42,542 bases of DNA from Piedraia hortae CBS 480.64 (Eukaryota). The notes under the pieces are model-generated. The model was not told where the DNA came from. It searched no databases and worked only from the letters and a program-made list of their open reading frames with translations. The stretch covers positions 1 to 42,542 of the forward strand of contig MU006044.1 of NCBI GenBank assembly GCA_010093745.1, given 5' to 3'. Below, one piece after another: positions 20,460 through 30,756 of this stretch; position 1 is the first letter of the stretch; the number at the start of each line of letters is the position of its first letter. The position numbers and the translations under genes were made by a program.

Positions 20460-21425
20460 ATGTCTAAAATGTCTACGACCACTCCAGACCAGAACGCGGC
20501 GGCGCCCAAGTATAAATTGCATGCCACTAAGAGCATGGCAAACTCAGACAAAGCAGTGCCAAAGCAAAGGTGCATCGGCCAGCGAGCGAACCAGGCCAAA
20601 GCCGCGCCGAAACGGAAGCGCGATGGTCAGGATGGCGTTGAGACCACAGAGGACAAGGCCGCGTCTGTAGCAAAGAAAGTTAAGAAGACGACCGCTGGTG
20701 CCCCTCAAAGTGTCAAAGCCAAGACCGTTGCCCAGGCCGGTTCTGTCAAGGAAAATGCATTTGGCAAACCTGACGAAGACGCTGATGATGATTGTGGTAA
20801 TGTATACGCCGACTCCCCCTCCTCCTCCTTCAACAGGTATGTAGACGACAACACCGACGATCCCCAGCCCCACATATCCGACTACAGCGACCCCGTCCAG
20901 CGGTGCCCAGCGGAATACCGCGAAGTTGGACTGCCACGCATAGTCCAAAACCTTCGCAAGGCCATGCACCCCCTCTTGCGCCCAATTCACGCCCTTATGA
21001 GCCAAACATGGTGGAACGACATCAAGATCGAATGGGACTATACCCATGAGGTCACCCCCGACGTCCACCAAGTTTCACGCTGGGACATTATATCTCATTT
21101 TGTTACCCTCGCTGAACTGGATATCGCGTGCCAGTACGAATACAGCAGCAACTACGACATGTTCTGGGGACGATTGAATTGCAAGGGGAATATCTTCTCC
21201 ATTGTGAAGCCCATGGTTGATTCTCTCATTCGTCTGGGACAGCGCGCCAGAAAAGCGACGCCCTCTCATGAGATCGTGTTGAGTGTAGCTGACCGCAAGG
21301 GCAGCAGGTTTTGCGGGATCATGGAGATCTTGCGAGCAAAGGACATCTGTACCGATGAGCAGTTCCTGATGACGATGACTGAGCAGGATGTGGAGGAAAA
21401 TGGCTACCCTGTCACGATTTCTTAG
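20460..21425 (+). CDS. Hypothetical protein (321 aa) with Lys-rich NLS-like N-terminus, acidic linker and globular C-terminus
   Basis: Uninterrupted ORF with ATG, a TATA-like element upstream and PKRKR motif; no family recognised. Confidence 0.65.
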   Translation: MSKMSTTTPDQNAAAPKYKLHATKSMANSDKAVPKQRCIGQRANQAKAAPKRKRDGQDGVETTEDKAASVAKKVKKTTAGAPQSVKAKTVAQAGSVKENAFGKPDEDADDDCGNVYADSPSSSFNRYVDDNTDDPQPHISDYSDPVQRCPAEYREVGLPRIVQNLRKAMHPLLRPIHALMSQTWWNDIKIEWDYTHEVTPDVHQVSRWDIISHFVTLAELDIACQYEYSSNYDMFWGRLNCKGNIFSIVKPMVDSLIRLGQRARKATPSHEIVLSVADRKGSRFCGIMEILRAKDICTDEQFLMTMTEQDVEENGYPVTIS

Positions 21426-22715
21426 ATTTGTACGTGGGTGGACGATATTGATCAAGGAGGCTGATAGCGTACGTAAGAGTTTTCAGTGGCCACAGCGAAT
21501 TCCGGCATCCGTTGCATACGTTCTTGCGGCAAAACCTGCCATTGTCTCGGCTCAGAATCATCTGTAAATTAAGAAAACACTAAGGACTGCGAAGCGGAAG
21601 CGTTGTATAAAACGAGACCTATATTGTTAATATGTGGCATTCAATATATTCTTGGTGCTCTTGTTTTCGTCTTGTTGGCTTTTGGTGCTTGTTGTCGTCA
21701 TTTCGTTTCACCGAAAGGCGTCCATTGCTCTGATGGCTCGCCGGCACCGTTGAAGTACTGTGCCTCTCCATCATGTCGCCATCCACTAGACGTATCTCGA
21801 TGTATTGCCTCGCTGTGAGATTGACACTCTCAAATGCTTGAAAACGGTCTTTCCACCAGACGACTTGCCATTTTCGTTCGTCCCACCCGTATTTCCTGCT
21901 TCCTCAGCGCGAGCGCTGGTTTGAGTGGCCGGATGCATTATTGGGTGCTGGTGGTTTGGATCGGAGCAGAGATCCAGCTGCATTGGAGATCACGGGACCT
22001 ACTGAACCACTTTAGATGGTATGCAAACCATACAAACAATCTAAATAGCCTGCCTTGGGGGTGGCCGTAAAGATAAGGATTCCCTCGCCCGGAGCTCTTG
22101 TACCTTTTGTAATTTAGCGGGAGGCATCCAAAACGAAGTTCTTGGCATTCTCTGGAACCGGAGCCAACTTTGCACAGGCTTTGGCAAGTCCAGCAAGCCA
22201 GATCCCATCGTCCAGGACATAATTTAACTTTTTCCCGGGGTGCGTGTGGTCTAGATTTGTTAGTGAGTACAAGCTTGCAGAGCGTCGGAGGAGGAGCAAG
22301 ATACCCGAGAAGCCATCGCTGCATAAGTTCTCGATACGATTTTGAGAAGACATGGTCTCTGATTAGAACTTTCAGGGGTCGGTATTGGGGGAAGGAGTTG
22401 GTAGGTGGCTTCCAACGCAGATCTTGGCAACTTACTCACGGGCCGATATGTTAATGAGGCTGTTGATTAGTACCTGACGCGGTGGCCTATTTGATTGGTG
22501 GTGATGACGTGCATATGGAGTGGTGATTAGGGATCAGTCTCTCCCTCTGATCTTAAGCGAAGGCCGACCATTCACTCAATAGACAGGCTGTCCTCATGCA
22601 TCTCTACAAACCAAGCCACGATAGTCTTTGATGTGTTTCGGCTAGTGGTGATGATTGAGAGAATAACCGGCCGGTCAGCTCGATCAAGCTACCTTGCAAA
22701 GTTTGACATTCATCT

Positions 22716-23091
22716 TGTTGGCATGAAGTCTCGTTGCTATCAGTGTACGATGCCACTGCGCGACTCCTCTTACACCAGCAGCTGCACCCTAGGTTTTGTC
22801 CTCACAGAGGTTTCCCTCAGGGTCATGTCGCATGCGACATGGTGAATGCGCCCTGCTACTGTTATGAGGTGAGTCATGGAGTAAGACTGCATGCTGACAG
22901 TCTTACTGCATGTATGACCACTTGCTTATGGTCATACAATTGATGACTCTTCATACGAGGCTACGCACGGGCCTTCCAGCCCAGAATATATTCTCTGATG
23001 TTCCCTCGAAGATATACTTGTATTCACTCATAAAACACATCTCTACTTTCCATCCATCGTTCTCACTCATACATACTATCTGTCTTCGTCA
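22716..23091 (+). mobile_element. Solo LTR, type A (376 bp), TSD CATCT
   Basis: CATCT at 22711-22715 and 23092-23096; TG...CA ends; near-identical to 519-891. Confidence 0.95.
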
Positions 23092-23283
23092 CATCTGAGT
23101 GCAAAAACGTGGGCAGTCGTAGAATCTAGAAGGGTCAATCCCGTGGTCCATTCACCTTCTTGCCAAAGCTGACAATCTTGCGTTTTAGGCGACAGTAGGA
23201 AGTTTGGTGTCCCGCTGCGGCTCCACCAACCACCCTGGACAGACGAGAATTGGAGATAGAAAACCACAAATTCGGGTAAGATC

Positions 23284-23508
23284 TGTAGAGATTTAGCTCT
23301 CGTGGGTGAGAGTGCACAGCGACCCGAAGAGGACGGAGCGATAGACAGAATCAGGGACAGCATAGATGTAGATGGATATGAGTCAATACCAGTGTCGATG
23401 TGATAGTGTGAGGGAAAAACCTAGGGTCAGCTGGTAGTGTAGGAGGTATCGCCGACTTGCTATGCAAGTGCCCTGGATACGCGCTAGCGGCGATGCTTGA
23501 ATCCAACA
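23284..23508 (-). mobile_element. Short type B solo LTR (225 bp, central deletion), TSD AGATC
   Basis: AGATC at 23279-23283 and 23509-23513; TG...CA ends. Confidence 0.92.
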
Positions 23509-23534
23509 AGATCGTATCCCAATACCATAAAATA

Positions 23535-23760
23535 TGCTGGATTCAAGCATCGCCGCTAGCGTGTATGCGGGGCATTTGCATAGCAAGTTGGCGATACCTC
23601 CTACACTACCAGCTGACCCTAGGTTTTTCCCTCACACTATCACATCGACACTGGTATTGACTCATATCCATCTACATCTATGCTGTCCCTGTTTCCGTCT
23701 ATGGCTTCGTCCTCTTCGGGCCGCTGCGCACTCTCACCCACAACTACCCAAATCTCAACA
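23535..23760 (+). mobile_element. Short type B LTR (226 bp, same central deletion), inverted relative to its neighbour, no TSD
   Basis: Reverse complement of 23284-23508 with scattered differences; flanks AAATA and CTATC. Confidence 0.88.
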
Positions 23761-24409
23761 CTATCCTTGTTCACGTCAGTGGGTTTCCGGTCAATCTGTC
23801 CTTGTAGCGCTACATTCTCCGCCAGGGAAGAGGCCAATAGTGTATGACAGCCTTGGCTCGCTGGGCTGAAGCCGCCAGACTCTGCACAGCTCGCGTTCAA
23901 TGCCTACGACCAAGTGGAACATTATCTCGTGATGGACATCACTGGGAACGAATGTTATGCAAAGCAACAACGTGCAGGTAAAGGACGGACGAAGATAGTG
24001 ATCATTGATAGGAAATCAGGGTTGCACGGCTATCAGCAATCACGAGATTGAATGTGAGTGTAAGGTAGTTATAAGAATGACAATAACAATGTCGCAAGCA
24101 TAATCTCTCCGAAGGCCTGTGGGAACGATTGCCGAAGCAAGATTTATACCACTATCACCCACAAAATCATGAACAACCAGAATGGCCCCACGTTTTTTTC
24201 AGCATTCTCTATTCTTAGAATGCAATCCGTCAAACGCTGAATTCTGAGCTTCGCTGTAGATATCAGAAACTTGCGAAAAGGACACACGCGCCTTCAAATT
24301 CATTACGCTGTAACTCTCCGATCTCTGACATGGCTCACAACATCACAGGACCATAGTCTTTACGCATTCCTTACACTACACCTCAATCTCTTCATCATAA
24401 ACCCTCCCC

Positions 24410-26476
24410 TCACCCCGTTACCGAGTCCATAAATGGATCTCCTCTCCCCGCGAGCCCATACAGATCCATCACATCCTGCGGATACTCACAAACCGGTCCC
24501 CTGTTCCTCACATACGTCCTCAACATCCCCCTACACTCCCCCTTCCACCTCTCATCCACTGCAGTTCTGATACTCTCCCGCCGTTTTCCCGGCCCCACAA
24601 TCCTCGCGGCAATCATGGCAACAAGAATTCTCCGCGCAATATGCGGTACCACACCAGCATTAACGTTCTCTCCGTTAGTACGACTGAAAACCTCGTCGAT
24701 GAGGTCCTCAGGATATTCCCGCTCCTGCCCGAGCATGAAGAATGGCAAGACTGCGGCGATTTCGTATTGCGGACTCATGAGGTCGAGAGAACAGCCGAAA
24801 ATGCTGATGAGGGTGGACGCTTCGCCTGATGAGCCGGTGATGATCGAGCCGCTACGCGTCCAATGGAGATAGGCAAGGACTTCGGTGGGGTCCGCGCAGG
24901 GGAGGTGAATTGTTGCGCTCGCGGTACTCTCCGAACTCGCACCGTGTGTAGCGTTATGCGAGGCGATCAGTGCCTCCAGGAACTTGGCAGGGAGGTTAAA
25001 CTCCACGGGGCAGGCCGTGCCGACTTTGAGAGTTATCGTTTCTCTGAAACAGTTAGTGAGAGGGTTGGGAGAATGGTAGAATACTTGCTCAAGCAATGGG
25101 TTCATCCTCTTGTCGTGGTCTGAGGGGATGAGGGCAATTTCGAGTTTGGCATTGGGTATAGGCGTTAGATCGTAGTCTCCCCCTTGTGTGGCGGGGTTAT
25201 TAACGAGAGCGGTACCCTGCTGCATGGCTGTGTTAAGTTTGACCCCTTGCAATGGGCTGGATGTAATGCTTGTGGGTAGGTTAGCAGGTGCAATATTCTC
25301 CTGATTGGCGATATCAATTTCATTTGCCTTCAGCGGCCTGTTGCGGAACATATTTCTTGCTACGACTTCCTCTTTTGGGGACAGGATTTGAAACCCGGTC
25401 GAGAAGGGGTAGTTTGGTTTGTCTTGCATAGGGTGGACAGCACTTGTTGAATGCTGCAAGTAAAATTGCCTCTGGGTCATCTGATAATTTCCGAAGAGAG
25501 GTTGCTGTCCAAGTCCAATCGAGGACTGCTGTCCGGGGGTCAGTGTCTGCTGGGAATAGTTTCCTTGACCGACCTGATTGTGGCGATCGAACTGATTCTC
25601 TTTTCCCAATTGGTCCTGCAGCTCAAGCTGGATCTGCTTTCCCAACTGTCGCTGATGACCTGGCTGGCCATGCTGCCCAGGCTTGTACTGCTGTTCGAAC
25701 TGGGTTTGATGACCGGAATGGCCCTGCAGTCCAAGCTGGCTCGCCTGTGCCATCGAGACCTGCTGTTCAGTCAGGCCGTGCTCCCTATACTCCTGCTCGT
25801 ACTGATAGTATCCCTTTCCACCTTCACTTCCATACAACCCGCCTTCCATCTGGCTATGCTGAGGAATGCCGATTCTCATCTGCTTCACCAGCTGGTTATC
25901 GTATTCAAGCCGACATTTGCGTATCATATGTTCATAACCCTGCACAGGCTGCGGCAGCTTATGCTGCAGTGGGTCGCGATGAGCTCCCTGAGATTCCTGC
26001 TGTTCCTGCTGCGGCTCAGCACGGTAGTTCCAAACCCCATATTGGTTGCCCCATTCATCTGCCATCGCGAAATCAACGTCATTGGTATAGCTGGCCTGGG
26101 TGACGCGGTTGGTATTGCTCTGCTGCTGCGTCTGGGCCACTCCCTGGATTTTAGATACGTAGCCGCAGGAGGCGGAGGGGTGCTGCTGAGGCTGCTGGGA
26201 CATCTGCATTTGTATCGGATGTGCTCCATGAACGAGTTGAGTAGAAAGATCCTGCTGTAACGTAGGAGGCTGCTGTTGAACCATCATCTGCGTGCTGTGA
26301 GTTCCCTGCTCAGGCCCGGTAACATTCCAATCGGACACGCTATTATGCAGAGGACCGGCTGGCTGAGACGGAAGGGCCAGTCCTCTACGCTGCTGGCCCC
26401 CTGCCGAAGGTGGCGTGCTCTGATCCACCATTGGTGGCGGAAGATCCAGACCCCCAATCCTGTTGTTCGCGGACAT
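24410..26476 (-). CDS. Gln-rich protein with hexapeptide repeats and a C-terminal BTB/POZ-like domain (~688 aa)
   Basis: Long open frame; ITLKVG...FNLPAKFL...IHLPCADPTEVLAYLHW resembles fungal BTB domains; start taken at MSANN (frame is open to 26695). Confidence 0.7.
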   Translation of the reverse strand: MSANNRIGGLDLPPPMVDQSTPPSAGGQQRRGLALPSQPAGPLHNSVSDWNVTGPEQGTHSTQMMVQQQPPTLQQDLSTQLVHGAHPIQMQMSQQPQQHPSASCGYVSKIQGVAQTQQQSNTNRVTQASYTNDVDFAMADEWGNQYGVWNYRAEPQQEQQESQGAHRDPLQHKLPQPVQGYEHMIRKCRLEYDNQLVKQMRIGIPQHSQMEGGLYGSEGGKGYYQYEQEYREHGLTEQQVSMAQASQLGLQGHSGHQTQFEQQYKPGQHGQPGHQRQLGKQIQLELQDQLGKENQFDRHNQVGQGNYSQQTLTPGQQSSIGLGQQPLFGNYQMTQRQFYLQHSTSAVHPMQDKPNYPFSTGFQILSPKEEVVARNMFRNRPLKANEIDIANQENIAPANLPTSITSSPLQGVKLNTAMQQGTALVNNPATQGGDYDLTPIPNAKLEIALIPSDHDKRMNPLLEQVFYHSPNPLTNCFRETITLKVGTACPVEFNLPAKFLEALIASHNATHGASSESTASATIHLPCADPTEVLAYLHWTRSGSIITGSSGEASTLISIFGCSLDLMSPQYEIAAVLPFFMLGQEREYPEDLIDEVFSRTNGENVNAGVVPHIARRILVAMIAARIVGPGKRRESIRTAVDERWKGECRGMLRTYVRNRGPVCEYPQDVMDLYGLAGRGDPFMDSVTG

Positions 26477-26864
26477 GATGTGTTGGAAGAGCGGGTTGAG
26501 AAAAGGGCGAAGAGGAGCTTGAGAGGGCTGAACTTGTGAACACGCAGCTAGCGCATGCATACATGTGCGATAGTGCGCTTTTCGGTTGCATGGTGAAGTT
26601 GGCGTTGAGGCTCGGAAGAGGTCACTCACATTCCCGGTCATGCGTCTAATGCGTTCTTTCCGTAAGATGGAAATAATCATCGGCGAACTGTCCATTCACG
26701 TATACCCACTTACAGGTATCGCTGGTACTTGGAATGTGTACCGTGAGATGTTTCATTCCTATTTAGAGGGGGAAAGATAAGTTGGTTATGAAAATTCTTC
26801 ACGTTACGAATAACAATACCTACAAAGCATGCATTAATTGCTGGGTTTTTGCCAGTCGAGATGT

Positions 26865-27215
26865 TCATGATAGGACACCATCCGAGGAAGTTGAGATATT
26901 ACAAAGGTGTGAAATCGCAGAGTCCCCAGCGTTTGGTGGGTGCAGATGTCAACAGTGTTCTTGTCACACCATGCACTCGATACTTCCAATTGAGGAATAA
27001 CTCTAGCGTAATTTGAAAATCAGCCTTAACCTTGCCAGGACGTGGCGAAATAGTGCTAATAGCTCCCAATAGTACGTCCACCTGATCTAGGGTAACCCAT
27101 AAGCCAGATCTTATCAGAACATGGCAAAGAAGCCTTGACACCGCCCAATGGGGCATCAACCTTGCCTTATTACTTCTACACTTCTTTACTGCAATCTCCT
27201 TTTTCCCACCGCCGC
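26865..27215 (-). pseudogene. Second, more decayed histone H2A-like sequence
   Basis: GGGKK..KKCRSNKARL, TLELFLN..TRTLL-(frameshift)-HL..GD..L..DGVL occur in H2A order. Confidence 0.35.
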
Positions 27216-27360
27216 ACCCTGTGACGACAGGACCGCCTGCTCTTTCGAAGGGGAAGCCTTGATATCGCCCTCGGCGTTGTTTTGTTCTGGAAGATCTGGC
27301 ATCATGTCTCAATAATGTCAGTGGATTTTACGAGGGAGGCTAGTCGTATAGCTCACACCG

Positions 27361-27690
27361 CATTGCCGGTAAGATTCCGCCTCCGGCAACGGTGACTTCA
27401 GAGAAGTAACCAGAGTTCCTCGTCTGCAATGAGTGTCTGCCGGATATGTCCAAGTTCAATCCGTGTGCTACCTTGCGAACGCGCCTTGGTACAGGCACAG
27501 TTTAGAAATTCGGGTACAAGATTTTCTAGCACGGCAGCTAGCCACACTGATACCCCAATGTCAATCGACCGTTTCCAGTATCTTATATTTGACGTTGCGC
27601 GCTCGTACGAATGGAAATAGGCGGAGCGGCACACTGCATTTTGAGCGAGAGCTGCCAGCGTCTATTGGTCCTTTGCGTCTCTGTCCTGTT
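27361..27690 (-). pseudogene. Divergent histone H2A-like pseudogene with two frameshifts
   Basis: SSRSK..LFPFVR / IDIGVSVWLAAVLENLVPEFLNCACTKARSQGSTRIELGHIRQTLIADEELWLLL / VTVAGGGILPAM versus H2A SRSSKAGLQFPVGR / [55 protein letters not shown] / VTIAQGGVLPNI. Confidence 0.78.
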
Positions 27691-30600
27691 AACGGGAAGC
27701 GTGGCCGCCGCCGAAGCCGTAGTGGGTGATTGGCGTTAGTAGCTTGGGGCATCGGGGTTCCTGCCCCAACATTGAACCTGCACAAGCATCAGCAAATTCC
27801 CCTCGTGAGGAAAGTCTTGCGGGCTCTGGACGTTGGTTAATATTATATCTTTGAGATATTTGCCAAGATCGCGTTGGCGGCGAAAGTTCCTGTGCAGCTG
27901 TGAAACTTCCTAACCGGTCTGCTGTTGCCTGAACTCGCATCATCCGCAACAGCAGACCCTGAAGAGAAACTGGTAGCAATCGTTGATAGCTGGTGCCTTG
28001 CAAATAGGATCTCTTGCCTCAAGGCTGCATCATTATAGAAGTTGACTCGTGATCCACCGGGACAGTCCCAACCTATATCCCAATACATTTTGCGAGAGTG
28101 CAATGCCATGGGCGCACAGCACAGCGAAGCTGGTGACCTATTGCATCTGATCCCATATATGGTGATGGGCTGAACGTAAGATGCTCGCGACGCCCGTGTT
28201 TTCTGGTGTCAACACACAACACCAGTCATGAGGGAGTGCTCGACCATGAGGGCGGTTATGATGGTAAATTGGCCGATGGTGTCGACCCCGAACAGTTAGG
28301 TTTGGCTCAAGGGAAATTGACAACTGTGGTTGTCGCCGCAGCAGTTTCTGTCACCAGGGAACAGGCTGATATGGAAATAGCGAGTCAACGAGGGCGTGCC
28401 GTTGGTTAGAATGGTCGGCAGTGAGTATAACGAGTGACATCGAGTGTGGCCAGGGCTCAATCCGCACATGGGGCCGCGAATGCCGCCGATGGTGCGGGGA
28501 ATAACATGGTAGTGTCATCAGCTCCGAGGCAGGATCTATGTCCATGGTTATGTTCCGCGATAGCATGAAGGTGTGCCAAGACAAGAAATTTGCCCCACTT
28601 GGTAGAGAGGCTATAGGTCCCCTCGGGCCTCAGCTGTGGTTGAAACCAGTAAATCAAAGGTTCTGGGGCCTCAGGCATCGTCTAGAGCTCGGTTGTCCAA
28701 GGGCCCTGTTTCAAGGCATATTAGAGCCTGATTTACCCATGCTGACGCCAGTGAAATCTTGTTTGAATCGGTTTTGCACATCCACTTTTTAACTTCCAAG
28801 GCAGAGTCCAACGGGGTAGCACGGCTTTGGATGGCCCGGTTGAGTCCGGTAGGATCGGCTCGATCCACTCTCAGTACCTGCGAATAATCCCAGCCATCTA
28901 AGCCAGCTTTTCACGGTCCAGATATATCATCATGAATGCACACTTTGTTTGTTCAAGATTCGCAGTTGGCCATGTACGGTGGCAAGAGACTGGAGCTTGC
29001 GCCATTAAGTAAACTTTATGGGGAAAGGAATTCTACCAATGCAAGAAAATGTAGCGCAGGAGAGTGCATTTGTCAAACACTCAAGTCTTTCTTAGTTACA
29101 GAAGGTTTACAAAAATTTACTATTTGTCACAAGCTCATTGACAAGCGTGCCGATACATACACATCCCAGACTCAAGCGTTATCATTCTCCCTTGGCCTTG
29201 CACATCCCTTCAACATTCCGTTCTGAGACGATCCGGCCTCCCGTTGGCCGCCTTCTTCCAGCAGACGAAGCCAGTAAACCGTGGATCTCGCAGAAGTCCA
29301 CTTAACATAGTGCCATCAGCACCAACCTCCTCAATCCAGTCTACTTCCGCCGTACCCTTTGACGATAGGTCAGGACTCATGACTCACTCTAGATCAACCA
29401 AGAACGGACAAGCTGGAGGATTTTAGGATGCTTACCAGAATTTGAACCACCAGGAATGAAGCTATTACAACGGCAAGCCACAGCCCAACGCAAACAGAAC
29501 TGCTTAGCTAGCAGTGAGTACCATGAGGAGTAATATAACCAGCTTCACACACCAGATACGTACGCTTTCGTCAGGGCCAAGTGACCTGACAATACACACC
29601 TCCATATCACCCAGAAGTCGTCGACTCCGATCAACACGAACAAGCGCGCATAACTTCCCGCCTCTCGCTTCCCTCATCATCCGCACGATCCAACGTCAAG
29701 CTGGGGCCATATATACAGCGACCAGTCACAACGATCAGTCCAGTTGAAAACCCGTTGCTCTCGAAGCAATGCGTTAAGATTTTCACATAAACATCCTGAA
29801 AGTATTTCCAAGGGAAAACGGGCACACTCGGTTATGTGAACGCTTTCTTGTATTTAATCTCGCCCTCACAGCGAGATTGCAGCCACTGGATCAGGGCTTG
29901 CTTTGTCCGCGACAAAACCTGGTGCTGATGCTCAAGCTACACCATTCTCTTACTCGCCTATCAAAGAACATGCACAAGTACATTGCATAACGGCTTCCTT
30001 TTCCTCCCCAAAATTGACATGTGGGGAGAAAGAGTCACTGGTCTCTGGTCTGACATCGCCAAAAGAAGGTCATCATCGCATCGCATCCAGCAGAGACAAA
30101 AGCTTAGCCTCCTCAACAAAACCTTACTTTCTCCTTCAAAATCCATTCGTCACTTTAATCCACCAGATCGGAAGGGGAAACCATCTTTCCGCCTTAGGAA
30201 ATTCGGGATGGGCAAGAATGGAAATCCGACATCGTTGGCAGTGGGCACATCAATGATCCAAAAAAGCTGAGCCCAAGCAAAGCAACCACCACAATCGTCC
30301 TCTGGAAAGGACACAGCTCAATGACTTGACACTGCACATCCTTCACTCTCACTACACCATTCCAGTCATTGAATCAGAACTTTTCGTGGTCGAAAGGCGC
30401 TGAATTACCCTCCACTCTTGCTCTCCTACCTAAGAACGGCACAAGTAGACTGAAAAATATATGCTTTGCCCCCTCAAAGTGTGTTAGGCCACTGAGGCCT
30501 GACCAGGTATCACGAAACGGCAACCCTTGCTTCGTCTCTAGCAGAGACACGGCTATAACGTCCCTCCACGAAGCTGATGTTTTGCCGCCAACTGGTGCAT

Positions 30601-30756
30601 TGAAGTGCCAGAGGAGGCTTGATATGATAAGCTTACCGATATACCTTATCGAAATCACCCTGACACACGATGCTTCAAATTTTTTTCTAAGAATTATCAC
30701 CTCCTACACGAAAGAATAAAGGTAAGCCTAGGTCCTGTCTACCCCGTAGCGATAGA

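Noticed and set aside
21780..22400. Coding-like fragments on the minus strand
   Set aside because: Several stops and frame changes with no recognisable motif.
25444..26260. Long plus-strand Leu-rich ORFs (219 and 269 aa)
   Set aside because: Antisense shadows of CAG/CAA-rich codons in the Q-rich gene.
29240..30720. Possible decayed gene; SHWIRACFV recalls a Ulp1-type protease His motif
   Set aside because: No catalytic Asp or Cys motif found and the frames are fragmented.
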